A DNA stretch of 64,000 nt from the NCBI GenBank assembly GCA_951804945.1, contig OX638155.1:14942001-15006000 (forward strand), in the 5' to 3' direction. Made by a program: the position numbers and the translations under genes. The stretch's first letter is position 1, and the number at the start of each line of letters is the position of its first letter. Below, piece by piece: positions 36,387 through 49,290 of the stretch. A model generated the notes under the pieces. The model worked only from the letters and a program-made list of their open reading frames with translations, was not told the origin of the DNA and searched no databases. This DNA comes from Podarcis cretensis. Taxonomy: Eukaryota.

Positions 36387-36909
36387 ATTTAATGCAGATA
36401 CCTCTATGATTTAGGCAAATTAATTGTAACAACTGGGATTTGAGAGAGATGCTTTACGTGCTCACACTGCTTTTCAATGCAGATCGGCTTTCGAAACAGA
36501 TAACAATTAAAATCCGGCATGCAACAAACAAAAGCCTATTAAACAGCAAGCCTCTCAATGCAGTGATTGTGGTTTACATCCCAGCACCCCAGACTCCTTG
36601 TTCTAGTTTTTACCAATTTCTCTTAACTCAACTCCTCTTTTACTAGAAGGGTTGGGGGTTATACAGGCAACTGAAAGCAACACCTTTGACCTGAGTCTCG
36701 AGAGAATAAACTAACCAGAGGTCATGCCCTTTCCCTAGCTTGCTCCTAAAGTGACCACCACAAAGGTTGTTGCTCCTTTGGGGTGGGGTGACCTGCCACC
36801 CTTGGTGGGCCCAGTGTAAATAACCTCTCTGGAAGTAATTGCAGAAGCAGATGTTACTCACAGCAGGAGTGGGGTAGGGCAGGCCTTCTCTTCTGCCATG
36901 ATATTTGCT

Positions 36910-37445
36910 CATAGTAGACCAGTATAAAGTAAGGAGCACACAAAACACTACCAAACCGTTCTACGTTCTAAAACTTACATTAATAATCCAAAACTTGAGA
37001 AACCAATGTACAAGATCTACTACAGAAGCCACAAACAGAAAACTCATTCAAATTGTGTCCAAAAGGAAGATCCAGTCTTTAAAGTTCCTTTAGCCAGGCT
37101 CCTGTAGATATCAACAAAGGTAAGTTTGATCAAACGAAACATCGGCCATGTTGCGCTCAAGGGTTAGATATCAATGAAGATAAGTTTGATCAAACGAAGT
37201 GTTGGTGATGTTACGCACAAGAATTAGACAGGGTGCTGGCGTTTGTCACCTGTTTCACCCATGAAGAGTCTCGGGCTTCTTCAGTAAATTCTCTCTCATG
37301 GTTTTGATATATTTATAAACATTCAACTTCATATGATAAGTTCTTTCTTGACTTAAGCTTTTATTCATTTACATAAACTGGCAGTAGATATCACCACAGC
37401 ATCAACGCTGTAGTGTTCTGGATTTTCATGCCACTTAAGTTGTAA
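36910..37445 (-). mobile_element. Probable Penelope-like element terminal (pLTR) remnant
   Basis: Minus strand reads CTGAAGAAGCCC-N12-GGGTGAAAC, a hammerhead-like core typical of PLE termini; boundaries approximate. Confidence 0.45.
37105..37230. repeat. 60-bp tandem repeat (2 copies plus start of a third), each with palindrome GTTTGATCAAAC
   Basis: TAGATATCAA..AAG.TAAGTTTGATCAAACGAA at 37105 and 37165; TAGACA at 37225. Confidence 0.88.
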
Positions 37446-37446
37446 G

Positions 37447-38043
37447 TGTCAGCGCTGCTTGTCGCCGGAATGATGTACGGATTATTTAGTAAGAACGTAC
37501 GGACCACCCTGCTTATCACAGGAACATGCCGGTCAGTTCAAAGATGGAGTTAACTCTTTATTAACAAAAACAAAGTCTCTGCAGACTCGGCTGAGTGTCA
37601 GGCCTAATGAGCAAAGCAGCTCATTCCCATTGATGATCTTCCATGAAAATCACTTGCCAAGACTGAAAGGCCCCGTCTCCTCGGGGCTTTCCGCAAGCAA
37701 GCGGAGACTGTGCCTGTATGCAGCCAACCTCCCCTCCACCCTTTTCACGCCTCTCCTGGTTCTAGGTTCATTTTGCCTTCCTGACTCATTACTGCCTCTT
37801 GGCCTCCCTCCTCCTAGTCTCCTGCTTCCACTTCTGCCTCTGATTCTGAACATCTCTCTGCCATAGACTCTCCCCGCTCACTGAGCCCTGTTACCTCTTC
37901 AGCTTCTGATACCTCTTCTTCCCAGTCCTCTCCCTCTGACCACTCATGGTTGTCCCACCACCAATCCCCGGGCTCTGAGCCTTCTTCCCTTGGTGGTTCC
38001 TCAGCTGGTTCCTCCTTCCTCTGCTTCCAACCAGTCCGTGACA
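37447..38043 (-). mobile_element. Solo LTR (probably Gypsy-type)
   Basis: TGTCA...TGACA inverted termini; AATAAA on the minus strand at 37557-37562; homologous to the 28381 LTR; no matching TSD. Confidence 0.75.
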
Positions 38044-39980
38044 CTGTCGGATCTGGCCAGGGACCAACCAGATGCCCATGGAGAAACAGAACCTAAGCAC
38101 TACATGCTCCCCATGTGCAACTCTGCAACTGGTTTCATCGCTAGTAGCCATTGATTTATGTCTGCCTGTGCCAGGCTGCGTAGGTACAACTTCTGCGCTG
38201 TTACTGAACATATGCAGTCAAGGATGAGTCTAGACCCCCCTAATCTATCTTGATTCCAACCATGGCTGTGCAAGAGGCATTTCACTAATCAAATAGATCC
38301 CAAGTAAGTTGTAGATTAAATAAAAGCCCATGTATATTTGACAGTGACTCCAGTTTAATATTGAAACATGGAATTGTGCTAAGCATTATTGCTTTATGTT
38401 GCAGGGTTACAACTACATAGGGATGGTATCAAGGGTTTGTAATAGCCCCCAAGAGTAATTCCAGTGGGGCCTTACTCATACCTTACTCATACATTTTATC
38501 CTCCAACTAAAAGGTACCTAGAGGCAGAAATTAAAAACGTGAATAATGCGCATATTTCAATTTTTATTACAAAAAAGTAGGTATTGTGGAATTAATGTTT
38601 GGGGTCGTTTGGACCGCAAGTCATTTAGACATGCAGTTTTCAATTTCGCATTTTCTTTCTATTGCAACGGGGGTGTAAATGCTCGCAGTGCGCTCTCCTT
38701 AGTGAAACCCTCAAATTTAAGATAGAAAGCCCTAGAGGAAGCAAAACGATTGGCTTCTTTCACCATAAAGTTTGCATACACCTCAGATGCTTGGGAGGGT
38801 TTTAAAAGGTTAAAGCTGAATATTGTTCAAAGCTCAGGCCTGCTTGTCTAAGGACCAGTTCCAAAATCAGAAAGCCACCTCTCTCTTATCTGTATGCAAT
38901 TGGCGAGCCTCTGAGGTTAGAACCCTGGACATTTTCACTTTGCTTCTGCTGCAGTTAAAACGATGACTGGCAGGGGATTTCCTTTTGCAGAACGCTACGA
39001 AGCTATAACACTTCCTTTGGGCTCTTTCTGCAAAGAGAGTAGAGTTGAGAAGCTCCAGGTGTACTCATACCTGTTTTGCAGCCAAACCCGTGGGGAGAGA
39101 TTTTCCTCTTTTAGAATATGCACATCCATCTAGCCCTTCCGTACACCCAGGGAACTCCCCCCAAGATTTAGGGCTCAACAGGGGCTGAGAAGCAGCATAT
39201 GGAAATAAGAGATTTGTCCTCTCTGCCAATGACAACAGGAGATGATAACAGGAATTGGAGCCAATTCTGACATCATATTTTTCCCCCTCTAGCTGAATAC
39301 CCGTGGAGGATTAACTATGAGAAAAGAAAGTTGCTAGAATGGAAAATGCATGTGGATTTTACTGTTTTTATCCTAAACGAAAGCATGTGTATATACAATG
39401 GTATTTATATTGAACTTTTGCTTACTAGTTTGGACACTCTTCATTAAGTTGGGAATGCGAGGGCCTGATTCAGTGCCTGCCCGCCCTGAGCAAATTGTTC
39501 CTGCCCATGAAGTGCCATCCATTTTGACAGTGGTTAAAAGCAGGGGGAAATTAAGTAGACACCGTACAGAGGTGGGTGGAGTACAGCGCAAATTATATGC
39601 AAATCACGGGAATCGGAGAACACCCTATTCCGCCCAAATGTCTCAGCTGATCTGCACAGATCACCTCAGGAGGAGAGGGGGACAGTGTGCCTGGCCTGTG
39701 TGTGTATGACAGAGATCCTTTTTTGGTCTACGCATACATTGCAAGTTTTGTCCGTAAGCTTCTTTCACAGGTGTTTAAGCCATCTGCAGGACCAGGGTGG
39801 TGATAAATAATAATGCATGACGAAAGACCAACATTGGCAAAGGAATAAGACAGATTCTTTCACACAGGGGGTGGGGAATCTTCTGACAACTGGTCCTTCA
39901 ACGTTTTCCTACCTTCCATGTAGCTATAGATAGGCTCAGGCGACCAAGACACAGAATCATAGCAGAGTTGGAAAGGGGGG

Positions 39981-41215
39981 TTTCTATATATATAAATTTA
40001 TTTATTTGGTTTTTCATATTAAAGTTTTACAATCACATATCCAATATACATCATAAAAAGAGGATTCCAGAGAATCTCTTGGACTTCCTTCCTCCCCTTT
40101 GACGGTCCTAATGTTAGTTATTTCCTCCTGCATCTTGTATAATAATCCAAATATTTTACATCTCCATTCTATCCAGAATTCACCACTAAACTACAAGTGT
40201 TATTCCAATCCTACTAACGATTCTGTTTACAATGATTTTTAAGATAAATTATAAATTTACCCCATTCCTTATTAAAATTTTGGTCTTCCTGATTTCTGAT
40301 TCTTCCAGTCATTTTAGCCATTTTGGCATAATCCATCAACTTGATCTGCCATTCTTCTCTGGTCGGGACTTTATCTTCTTTCCATCTCTGGGCCAATAAC
40401 ATCCACGCAGCGCCTAAAATTCCTAAAAGAAAGGCTTCAGGTTTTGGTTTATGTTTTAGAAAAAGTTATTTTAAACATTTTTTTTTCAATTCATTATACA
40501 TCATTTCCCAAAATACTTTTACAACCTTACACGTCCACCACATATGATAAAAGGGGCCTTCTTTTTCCTTACATTTCCAGCATATATTTGACCCTGTTTT
40601 ATACATTTTTGCTGGTTTACCGGGAGTTATATACCAACGGTACATCATTTTCATATAGTTTTCTTTCAACGTACAGTGGTACCTTGGTTATCAAATTTAA
40701 TCCATTCCAGAAGTCCATTCCAAAACCAAGGCGTGCTTTCCCATAGAAAGTATTGCAAAATGGATTAATCCGTTCCAGACTTCTAAAAACAACACCTAAA
40801 ACAGCAATTTAACATTAATTTTGCTATCTAACAAGACCATTGACCCATAAAATGAAAGCAATAAACAATGTACTGCAGTCACACAATCAGTAGCTGAACT
40901 GGGTTCCACACAGTCACAAAAACAAAACAAAAAGAGCCGCTTAAACAAAAACACAAAATAAATAGCAAAAACAGACAGACCTCAGCTTAACACTCAAAAT
41001 GGAAGCATAACACTCAAAACGGAGCATGTTCGACTTCCGAAAAAAGTTCGCAGACCAGAACACTTACTTTTGGGTTTGCAGTGTTTTTCCAAGTTGCTTG
41101 AGTACCAAGGTGTTTGAGAACCAAGGTACCACCGTATAACATGCTGTAAATTTTAAATCTCAATTCCGTAACTTCTTCCATGCTGTAAGTCCAACCCTCT
41201 TAAATGCATGGGCTG
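39981..41215 (-). mobile_element. L1-like LINE 3' portion interrupted by a MITE
   Basis: Zinc knuckle [18 protein letters not shown], then LLAQRWKEDKVPTREEWQIKL, 3' UTR and A-rich tail. Confidence 0.82.
40674..41134. mobile_element. Tc1/mariner-type MITE (461 bp) nested in L1
   Basis: TA-CAGTGGTACCTTGGTT ... AACCAAGGTACCACCG-TA. Confidence 0.82.
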
Positions 41216-42511
41216 CAGATCTGCTTGGAATCCAAGATCAGATTGCAAGCCTTCTCTCCGAAGTGCTAAGTTTTTGTGACGTGAGGGCACTTGCAGGCAA
41301 AGCCTTTGCTATGCGAACCTTCTTTCTGGTATAGCCCTTGCCTGAAGACTCTACCATCTTAGAGCTGGCTGAGATGTAATAACATATAAGAACACTGAGA
41401 GCATGATGGTATCATGATTACTCCGCACATGTGCAAGCAAATTGCATTAGTGATCATGCCAGTGGGGTTGGGGAGGAAAATTCACCGAAGAAAGCATCGC
41501 TTGGCAAGTGTTGTCTTTTCCATTCAGGGATGGAGACTTGCTGTGCAGAAATGACGCCCTTTCTAGACCGGCCTTAGAAAGAGCACTAATTAGTTATGGA
41601 TTAAGCATCAACATTGCTCACTTCAGGTGAGACGGAGTGGTACATCTCAAACCCAGATAAGGGATCTGTATTGGAGAGTTTTTGTGTTAGCCTGCTTGTT
41701 GCTAAACCATACCAAAAAAAGAAATCAGACAAATAACATTGGAGTTTTGTAGTGGAGCTCAAAAACATAGTGAAGGGGAAGAGCCGGCCAAGACAAAATA
41801 ATTGGATGTTTTATAGAACTCTATAAAATTGCAGCTGTGCCATCTAAAGCACACTACTGACAAAGAAGCAAATGTAATTCATTGACTAATAAATAATTGC
41901 ATCTTTTTACACAGACTGTGTTTATTCTCTCCCCCACCCTCCACCCCCATTTCTAACTAGCTGTGCCACTGTTTCACATGGGATTATCTCCCTCACTTAC
42001 AGCCAGCCTATACAATAAAAGGCTAAAAGCCAAATTAAACCAAAGATTAATGCCTAAGATGGATGCGCACGCACAGGGAATCGTAAGGTTGGCTTGTTAA
42101 GCAGAAGCGTCAGTGTCAAATTTTCACAGGAAGCTGGGTGCGTGGAGCTTAGATGTATCTAAAAATCACGATTTGATGCCCTGAAGATTTCACTTCAAAT
42201 CTGCAAACTTCTTTATTTTAATTTTTTTTAAAAAATAACCTGGTGAACTCTGAAATGCTGTGAAGTAGATTATTAAAAAATCCAAATTGAAAATTTCTCA
42301 AGGGCTCTCTTGAAGCCAGTCTTCCATGTATGCTGTTTGTTAAATTACTCTTCTCAAACACAGGCAGGAAGAAATGGTGTTTTGTGACTGAAGGAAATAG
42401 CTAACCCGTTCCTTGCCAAACTGTACCAATTGATTAAGAAGGGGTTTTTTTTTGGGGGGGGGGGATCTAAGTCTAAATAGACCTTCAAGGCCATTTTGCC
42501 TGCTGCAGAAG

Positions 42512-42851
42512 CATAGCTGTCAAGCATCCCTTATTTGGCGGGACAGTCCCTTATCCCAGCGCCATGTCCCGCTGCTGTCCCTTATTGATGATGTCCCTTA
42601 AATAAGCTACTGAAGGTAATGGGGCCCTTTCTATGTCCAGCTGTCCTTTGTCAACAACAAATTGTTGCTGTTTTTTGTGTTGAATATATGCTATATGGTA
42701 ATTTATGGACCTAATAGGTATCTAAAGCCATTTGCACACAACAAAATATGAATTTTATCAAAGTAATTGTTGATCCCTTATTTTGGCTGCTGATCCCTTA
42801 GTTTTGAGGCTGCTGGTCCCTTATTTTCAAATCTGCAAGTTGACAGCTATG
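42512..42851. mobile_element. hAT-type non-autonomous element (CATAGCTGTCAA termini), short form
   Basis: CATAGCTGTCAA ... TTGACAGCTATG; perfect TSD TGCAGAAG. Confidence 0.88.
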
Positions 42852-44595
42852 TGCAGAAGGCACAATGAAATACTCGAAGGGAGTAACTGATGCCCGAAGA
42901 GTGCAAACTATTAACGATGGGGGTGCGAGGGGCACCATTTGTGCTTGGGTTTCAAGCAGCGAAATGTCTCGGGCCTGCATCTGTGCTGGTAACGAACATA
43001 TTGCTCCCCATTAATTAGAGCTGAAATGTTTAATCAAGCTTAGCTGGGCCAGCTCTGTTGCTGGGGGTGGTTGCCAAACACCACCGGAAGCCAAGTTGGC
43101 CCAGAAATTTCTGTGTTTTTTGTGTCCGCCATTGCTGCTCCCCACATTTCCACGGCGGATGGAACTGGGAGTGAGCACAGAGCCCAGCCAGGCAGGCTTT
43201 GTTTTGCTGCCAGTCCTAGAGACTCCTGGCTGCCAGGCAAGGATGCGGCTGCCTTAGGTTTTGTGTAGGTAGTGCCACAAGCGCTCACCTTCCAGCTCCC
43301 CAGTCTGCCAAGTTTGCACCATTCACAGATGTACAAAATAAAACGAGGGTAGGTTTCTTCCTCTGTGAACCCTCCATTCCCTGGTCTCTGGACCAGACAT
43401 TGAGAAACAAGCTGGTTGGCTAACCCTTGTGATGTCGCCAAGAAACCCCTCTTCTGCCCCCCCTCCAACCCTCTACATAATCTTGTTTTCTAGCAAGGCG
43501 ACAACTTGCATGGACACATTCTTAAAAAGCCCAGAGCAGACATCCCGTCCGAAGCATGTCGGAAGAGGCAAGACTGACAGCTGTAGCCATGCTCGGTTTG
43601 ATGTACGCTGGTCTGTCATCTCAGCTGCAAAACTAGTAAATGGACGTGCTGTGACCGGTCCTTTTTATATTGCAGCTTGTCTTTCCTCCGTATCTCAAAA
43701 TGCGGACAACTGGATGTAGCATTCCCGCTGTACTTTAACTATTGCAGTTCCGGGTGGTCCGGGTGGACTTTCATACTGTATTCATTAGCAATTACTTGTT
43801 GTGGCCCTTTCAATGTACTCAGTTGCCTCGCAGTCCTTACGGCATTTATTTCTGTGCTGGCCTCTGAGATGTCTTAGAAATGTGATATCCAGTGCAACTG
43901 AGGCCTCCTTTGCTTTTCGAATAGTTCTGATGACTCCTGCTGCTGCTGCTGCTATTATCCTGAGTTAACCTAGTGCTTGTTGGTAGTATTCCTGCATAAC
44001 TGGCCATCTTACTTTCGGTCACTGTGCATTTGTTTAATGCCCTTCTCCCTGACTCTCTTTTAGCTGTAGGTTGTTTTTTTTTTACATTAATCTCTTCTTT
44101 CACTCAGTTTTCAGCCCAATTTTCCAGTTTACTAAGAATCCTTTGGACCCTGTCCTAACCCTCAGTTGTGATGATGGCATTTGTTCCCAGCTTTGTTGAA
44201 CACACTTGGGGAGTGCCTGTTTGCTCCCTTTCAAACCAGAGAATTTGAAGTGTTGGAACAGGATAGACACCCATAAGGCCCACCCTGATGCTTGCCCCCG
44301 CTGTTTTGGTCCATTGTTGAGCAAGTTGAGGAGTGTGGTGTGGTGTGGTGCTCTCACAAGTTAGGTAGCCACCAAATATATGGCCTTCTTCATAGTGTTC
44401 CTCTGTTTTTACTTGTGCTTTGCAAATGGGTACACAATGGACATTACTAGTAGTCCACAACAATTTCTACTTGCTTCACTAGTCACTCCTATCATTTACC
44501 ATTTGGGGCATGTTGATGGCCGAAAAGAGCCAACTCATTTCTTTGCAAAAGTTTCTCCCAGCTGGTTGCTTGGGGTCAGTTCTTCCTCGCCACAG

Positions 44596-45076
44596 TTGTT
44601 GTTGTTGTTTAGTCGTTTAGTCATGTCCGACTCTTCGTGACCCCATGGACCAGAGCACGCCAGGCACTTCTGTCTTCCACTGCCTCCCGCAGTTCGGTCA
44701 AATTCATGCTGGTAGCTTCGAGAACACTGTCGAACCATCTCGCCCTCCGTCGTCCCCTTCTCCTTGTGCCCTCCATCTTTCCCAACATCAGGGTCTTTTC
44801 CAGGGAGTCTTCTCTTCTCCTGAGGTGGCCAAAATATTGGAGCCTCAGCTTCACAATCTGTCCTTACAGTGAGCACTCAGGGCTGATTTCCTTAAGAATG
44901 GATAGGTTTGATCTTCTTGCTGTCCATGGGACTCTCAAGAGTCTCCTCCAGCACCATAATTCAAAAGCATCAATTCTTTGGCGATCAGCCTTCTTTATGG
45001 TCCAGCTCTCACTTCCATACTACTGGGAAAACCATAGCTTTTACTATACGGACCTTTGTTGGCAAGGTGATGTCTC
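44596..45076 (-). mobile_element. BovB LINE 3' fragment
   Basis: LRLQYFGHLRRREDSLEKTLMLGKMEG; (CAA)n tail; TSD TCCTCGCCACAG at 44584-44595 and 45077-45088. Confidence 0.94.
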
Positions 45077-45250
45077 TCCTCGCCACAGGGGTCTAGGCAA
45101 TTGGTTATTTACAAGCCCGGCTGGCAGAACTCTTATGCTTAAAGCTTTGCTAATTTGGAAAGTCTTTGCTTGTAAACATGCAAAATATGTTGTTGTAGTT
45201 CAACCTGGTGCCCTGTCCTGTGATGAGCATTAATTCCTGTTTTCTTTTAG

Positions 45251-45373
45251 ATGTTTGACTGGATCACACACAACAAAGGCCTGTTTCTGAACAGCTACAC
45301 AGAGATTGGAGCCAGCCACCCTCATGCCATGGAGCTCCAGACACAGCACAATCATTTTGCTATGAACTGTATG
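45251..45373 (+). CDS. TRIO: TRIO coding exon (exon 6 equivalent), spectrin repeat
   Basis: tttcttttag|ATGTTTGAC ... TGTATG|gtaaga; 123 nt; MFDWITHNKGLFLNSYTEIGASHPHAMELQTQHNHFAMNCM. Confidence 0.97.
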
Positions 45374-46651
45374 GTAAGAATATTGGAACTTGCAACGGCA
45401 CTTTGTATTTGGCAAACATCTTGTATTTCACAGTGCAGAGACTCATGAAAGTCTGACCCCAGGTGCTGGCCCTGCCAGTATGCAGTGTGCTGGAGAGGAA
45501 AGAACAGAATCCAATCTAAATAAACAAGGTAGGAGAAGAGAAGGGAGGAAGACAGACTGAGAACAACATAGTTGCTTCGGGTTTTGCAGAACTATTACAG
45601 CTGCCATGGTAGCAACTTGCAAGCGACATGTGAACAGGTCCCCCTACCCAGAGGGCCTGTAATCTTCTTATTCAGTGGAGGCAGGGAGTAAACTGAGAGA
45701 GAAATAACTTTGTACATTATGGCATGAGGACTAGGGAGTTGTGCCCACGGCTAGTGAGTCATGCTGCATAGAAGTAGCCGGATTATAACGTATATGGACT
45801 CCTTCCAAATTCAGCGAAAGTTGGAGGCCTCATTCCTGTGTATGTGTGCTTTTGCCACAGGGATTGTAAATGGCTGTGCAGCGATAGATTAGCTAATAGT
45901 AATAATTCTGTAAGTTGCGGAACTCCACTGAAACAGCTCAGCTTTCAGGAACCGTGGTCCAGGCTGTCATTTTTAAATGAGGGTAGGTAAATTAGAGCCT
46001 GATGGAGTTTTGTTTGCACTCAAGAGAATGGGGACAACTACATCACACACAGACACACAAACACACACACACCCTGAGAAGGTGCATGACAGTATTACAT
46101 GGATAAAACGAAACCAATCCTAATTTGATCCATGTTTGAACAGGGGGCAGCACTGATAGAAGAACATTGGCAGTTCTAAAAAACAGTTTGAAATGAACTA
46201 ATATACCAGTAAGCTAGGATTTGCTAAAGCTTTTGTGGTTTGGGTTTGTCCTTGCTTGCATTGCTTTTGGTTTCAGATTAGGGATTCGAATGTGGCCTAT
46301 TTTGACATCGTTTTCTAACGTCTTAATGATAGCGGTTCGTTGCAGAGGCCTGCATGGGCTTGCCTTTTATCAAAAGGCACTAATTACTGAAGTTAATTAG
46401 CATTTTGGACAGCCTGAGCTGAGGATAGGGATTGAGATGGAGATGGAAACAAATGCTGACATGTCTGAAGAGTTCGTTCTAGGTGAGAGTTATGCAAAAG
46501 CCGAGCATTCTGCTTGTGTTTCTGGCTTGACATTCAGCCCTCAGGAGTCCAGTGAATAGAAGGGCCAAGCGGTCACTTGCCCAGAAATGTTGTCACTAAC
46601 AAATCGCAGAGCAGGAGTATTCATCAGTCCAGCAGGCCATAGTGAACTATC

Positions 46652-47563
46652 TGTGAACCAGTGAAGGCAGGGAATGTCCTGTGTGAGTGCCTGGAAGTGG
46701 TTGGAGGATGCATGGCAGTTAACAGATTGAAGTTGACTCCTGACAAGACAGAAGTACTGTTTTGGGGGGATAGGGGGCAGGCGGGTGTGGGGGACTCCCT
46801 AGTCCTGAATGGGGTAACGGTGCCCCTGAAGGACCAGGTGCGCAGCCTGGGAGTCACTTTGGACTCACAGCTGTCCATGGAGGTGCAGGTTAATTCAGTG
46901 TCCAGGGTGGCTGTCTACCAGCTCCATCTGGTACACAGGCTGAGACCCTACCTGCCTGCGGACTGTCTTGCCAGAGTGGTTATCTCTAGTTATCTGCCGC
47001 TTGGACTACTGCAATGCGCTCTACGTGGGGCTACCTTTGAAGGTGACCCGGAAACTGCAACTAATCCAGAATGTGGCAGCTAGACTGGTGATTGAGAGTG
47101 GCCGCCTGGACCACATAACACCGGTCCTGAGAGATCTGCATTGGCTCCCAGTACGTTTCTGAGCACAATTCAAAGTGTTGGTGCTGACCTTTAAAGCCCT
47201 AAACGGCCTCGGCCCAGTATACCTGAAGGAGCATCTCCACCCCCATCGTTCAGCCCGGACACTGAGGTGCAGCTTCAAGGGCCTTCTGGCAGTTCCCTCA
47301 CTGCGAGAAGTGAGGTTACAGGGAACTAGACAGAGGGCCTTCTCGGTAGTGGTGTCCGCCCTGTGGAATGCCCTCCTTTCAGATGTGAAGGAAACAAGCA
47401 GCTATCTTCTCTTTAAAAGACATCTGAAGGCAGCCCTGTTTAGGGAAGTTTTTAATATTTAAGGCTGTATTGTTTTTAACATTTGATTGGGAGCTGCCCA
47501 GAATGGCTGGGGAAACTCAGCCAGATGGGCAGGTTATAAATCATCATCATCATCATCATCATC
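46652..47563 (+). mobile_element. L2 LINE 3' fragment (degraded RT C-terminus)
   Basis: [55 protein letters not shown]; frameshift and stop; (TCA)n tail. Confidence 0.9.
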
Positions 47564-47903
47564 TCCCAAGCTGCGCACTTGGATTCAGTTAACCAGTCCT
47601 ATCAGCAGAAGTGCTGCTCAAGGACTTTCACTTACGCAATGAAGCTTCCCACCCCCTGGTCACACACACATACACACACACACCTGGTGCAGCCCCAGAA
47701 CAGCCCCAGAACAGCATGCAGAGCAGTGGGAGGAACATGTCATCTGGCAAACAGGAATGCTTGCACAGGTGGCACAATTGAAAGAGTGAGGCATTGAAAA
47801 TGACCCAGTGGGTACCTAGTAGTCTGGGATGCAACTCTGCCCTGAGAGTGAGGAGGAAGTTCTGTGCAGAAAGCCCTAAAATGGGACTCCTTTTTGGCCA
47901 TAT

Positions 47904-48230
47904 CCTTTTTATTAACTTTACAATAATGCTTTCCATTACAATCTCTCCTCTTATATTATACAATTTGGCTTTTTAGGGCCATGACTTCCTTCAAACCTTC
48001 CTTATGATTTTCTATCTTTCATTTCAAATTTCTGCATTTTCACTACTTAACCATTGCTTTCAAATCAAAAACATCAAAGCATCATATTTTCTTATTCTTC
48101 CCTGCAGTGATTTTTATACATTTCCTTACAAAGCTTCTTGCAATCCTACCAACGTGTTTGATTGACTACAATTGTCTTTTAAATAATTTACAAATTTAGT
48201 CCAGTCCTTGATGAACTTATTATTATTTGA
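47904..48230 (-). mobile_element. L1-like 3' end remnant
   Basis: TTTTTATTAAC start; AATCCTACCAACG...TTTTAAATAATTTACAAATT similar to 40200-40260. Confidence 0.55.
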
Positions 48231-49290
48231 AAAATGGGGCTCCTTTGCTTTGCATAATGGTGCGTTTATATAGTATCGGTCTATAAGGTGTTGTTGTGGC
48301 CAGTAGTTGATAGCCTCCTTGGATTTGAATGGAAATGCTACAGTAAAATCTCACATCCTAGCAATCTTATTTGAATACAGCATGAAGCAATGAGGTCAGA
48401 TAAGGTTTTTTTTTAAAAAAAATAGTCCAAGAATAGGCAGTAAGTAGTTCTCCCTGAGCCCTGTTACAGTCCCGCCCAGCCCTTCTGAAGGCTTAAGGTT
48501 TCTTTTTCTTTTTTTAAAAAAACTTCTAATATTCCCTTTTAATTCACAAACCCGTCAGGCTGATTTAATAAGCTGTTTTTAAGCCCTCCCAATGTTCCGT
48601 TTGAGGCCGCAGCAAACAAAAGTCACAGTGTTAATGGAAATCTGTGTAAATGAGATCAGTCCAAGGTACAGGGTGATTTTGCTGTTTCTGCAATGTGCTT
48701 TACTTGATCAAATAAAAGTAGGCTTTTGCTCGAGAGAGAGGTGCTCATTTTCCCTCCCTGCTTTGAAAACATGTCGCGGCAAAGGGCTTGGAGAAAGCAG
48801 AGCTGGCATTTCGCTGTTGCTTTCCAGAAAACAACAGGGGCTGCTGAAATTGTGAGCAGTCAGTTGCATTTTGTCCCTGATGGAATAGCGAATGCTGTTT
48901 ACCTGCTAAGTGCACACACCCCTTTCTTCCTGTTTTTAAAAGGGAATATAGGAAGCTGTGAATTCTGCCAGAAGCCTTGGGGTTAAGAGTGGTATGCCTA
49001 ATGGCTAGAAAAAAACCTTCCCCAACCTAGTGCCCTTGCTGGCTGGAGCTGATAGGAGTTGCTCTCCAAAACACCTAGAAAGCACCAGTTTGTGGAAGGC
49101 TGGCCTGCAATCTTGGTCCATGGTCTTCTCTGAAGAATAGTTCTCATGAGGGGTTGCTGCCCATTTGATGTCCCCATTCCCCACAGCCCTTGTGCCTCGC
49201 CGGGCTTTGGAAAGGAGTTGTGGTGGCTCTGACAGTATCCCAGAGTCCTCCCTGCTTCCCAAAGTCTATTTAGTTATTGCCCAACTTTGG

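Noticed and set aside
37105-37230. Palindromic repeats with variable intervening sequence, superficially CRISPR-like
   Set aside because: Only two units, the intervening parts are homologous to each other, the context is a vertebrate intron and no cas genes are present.
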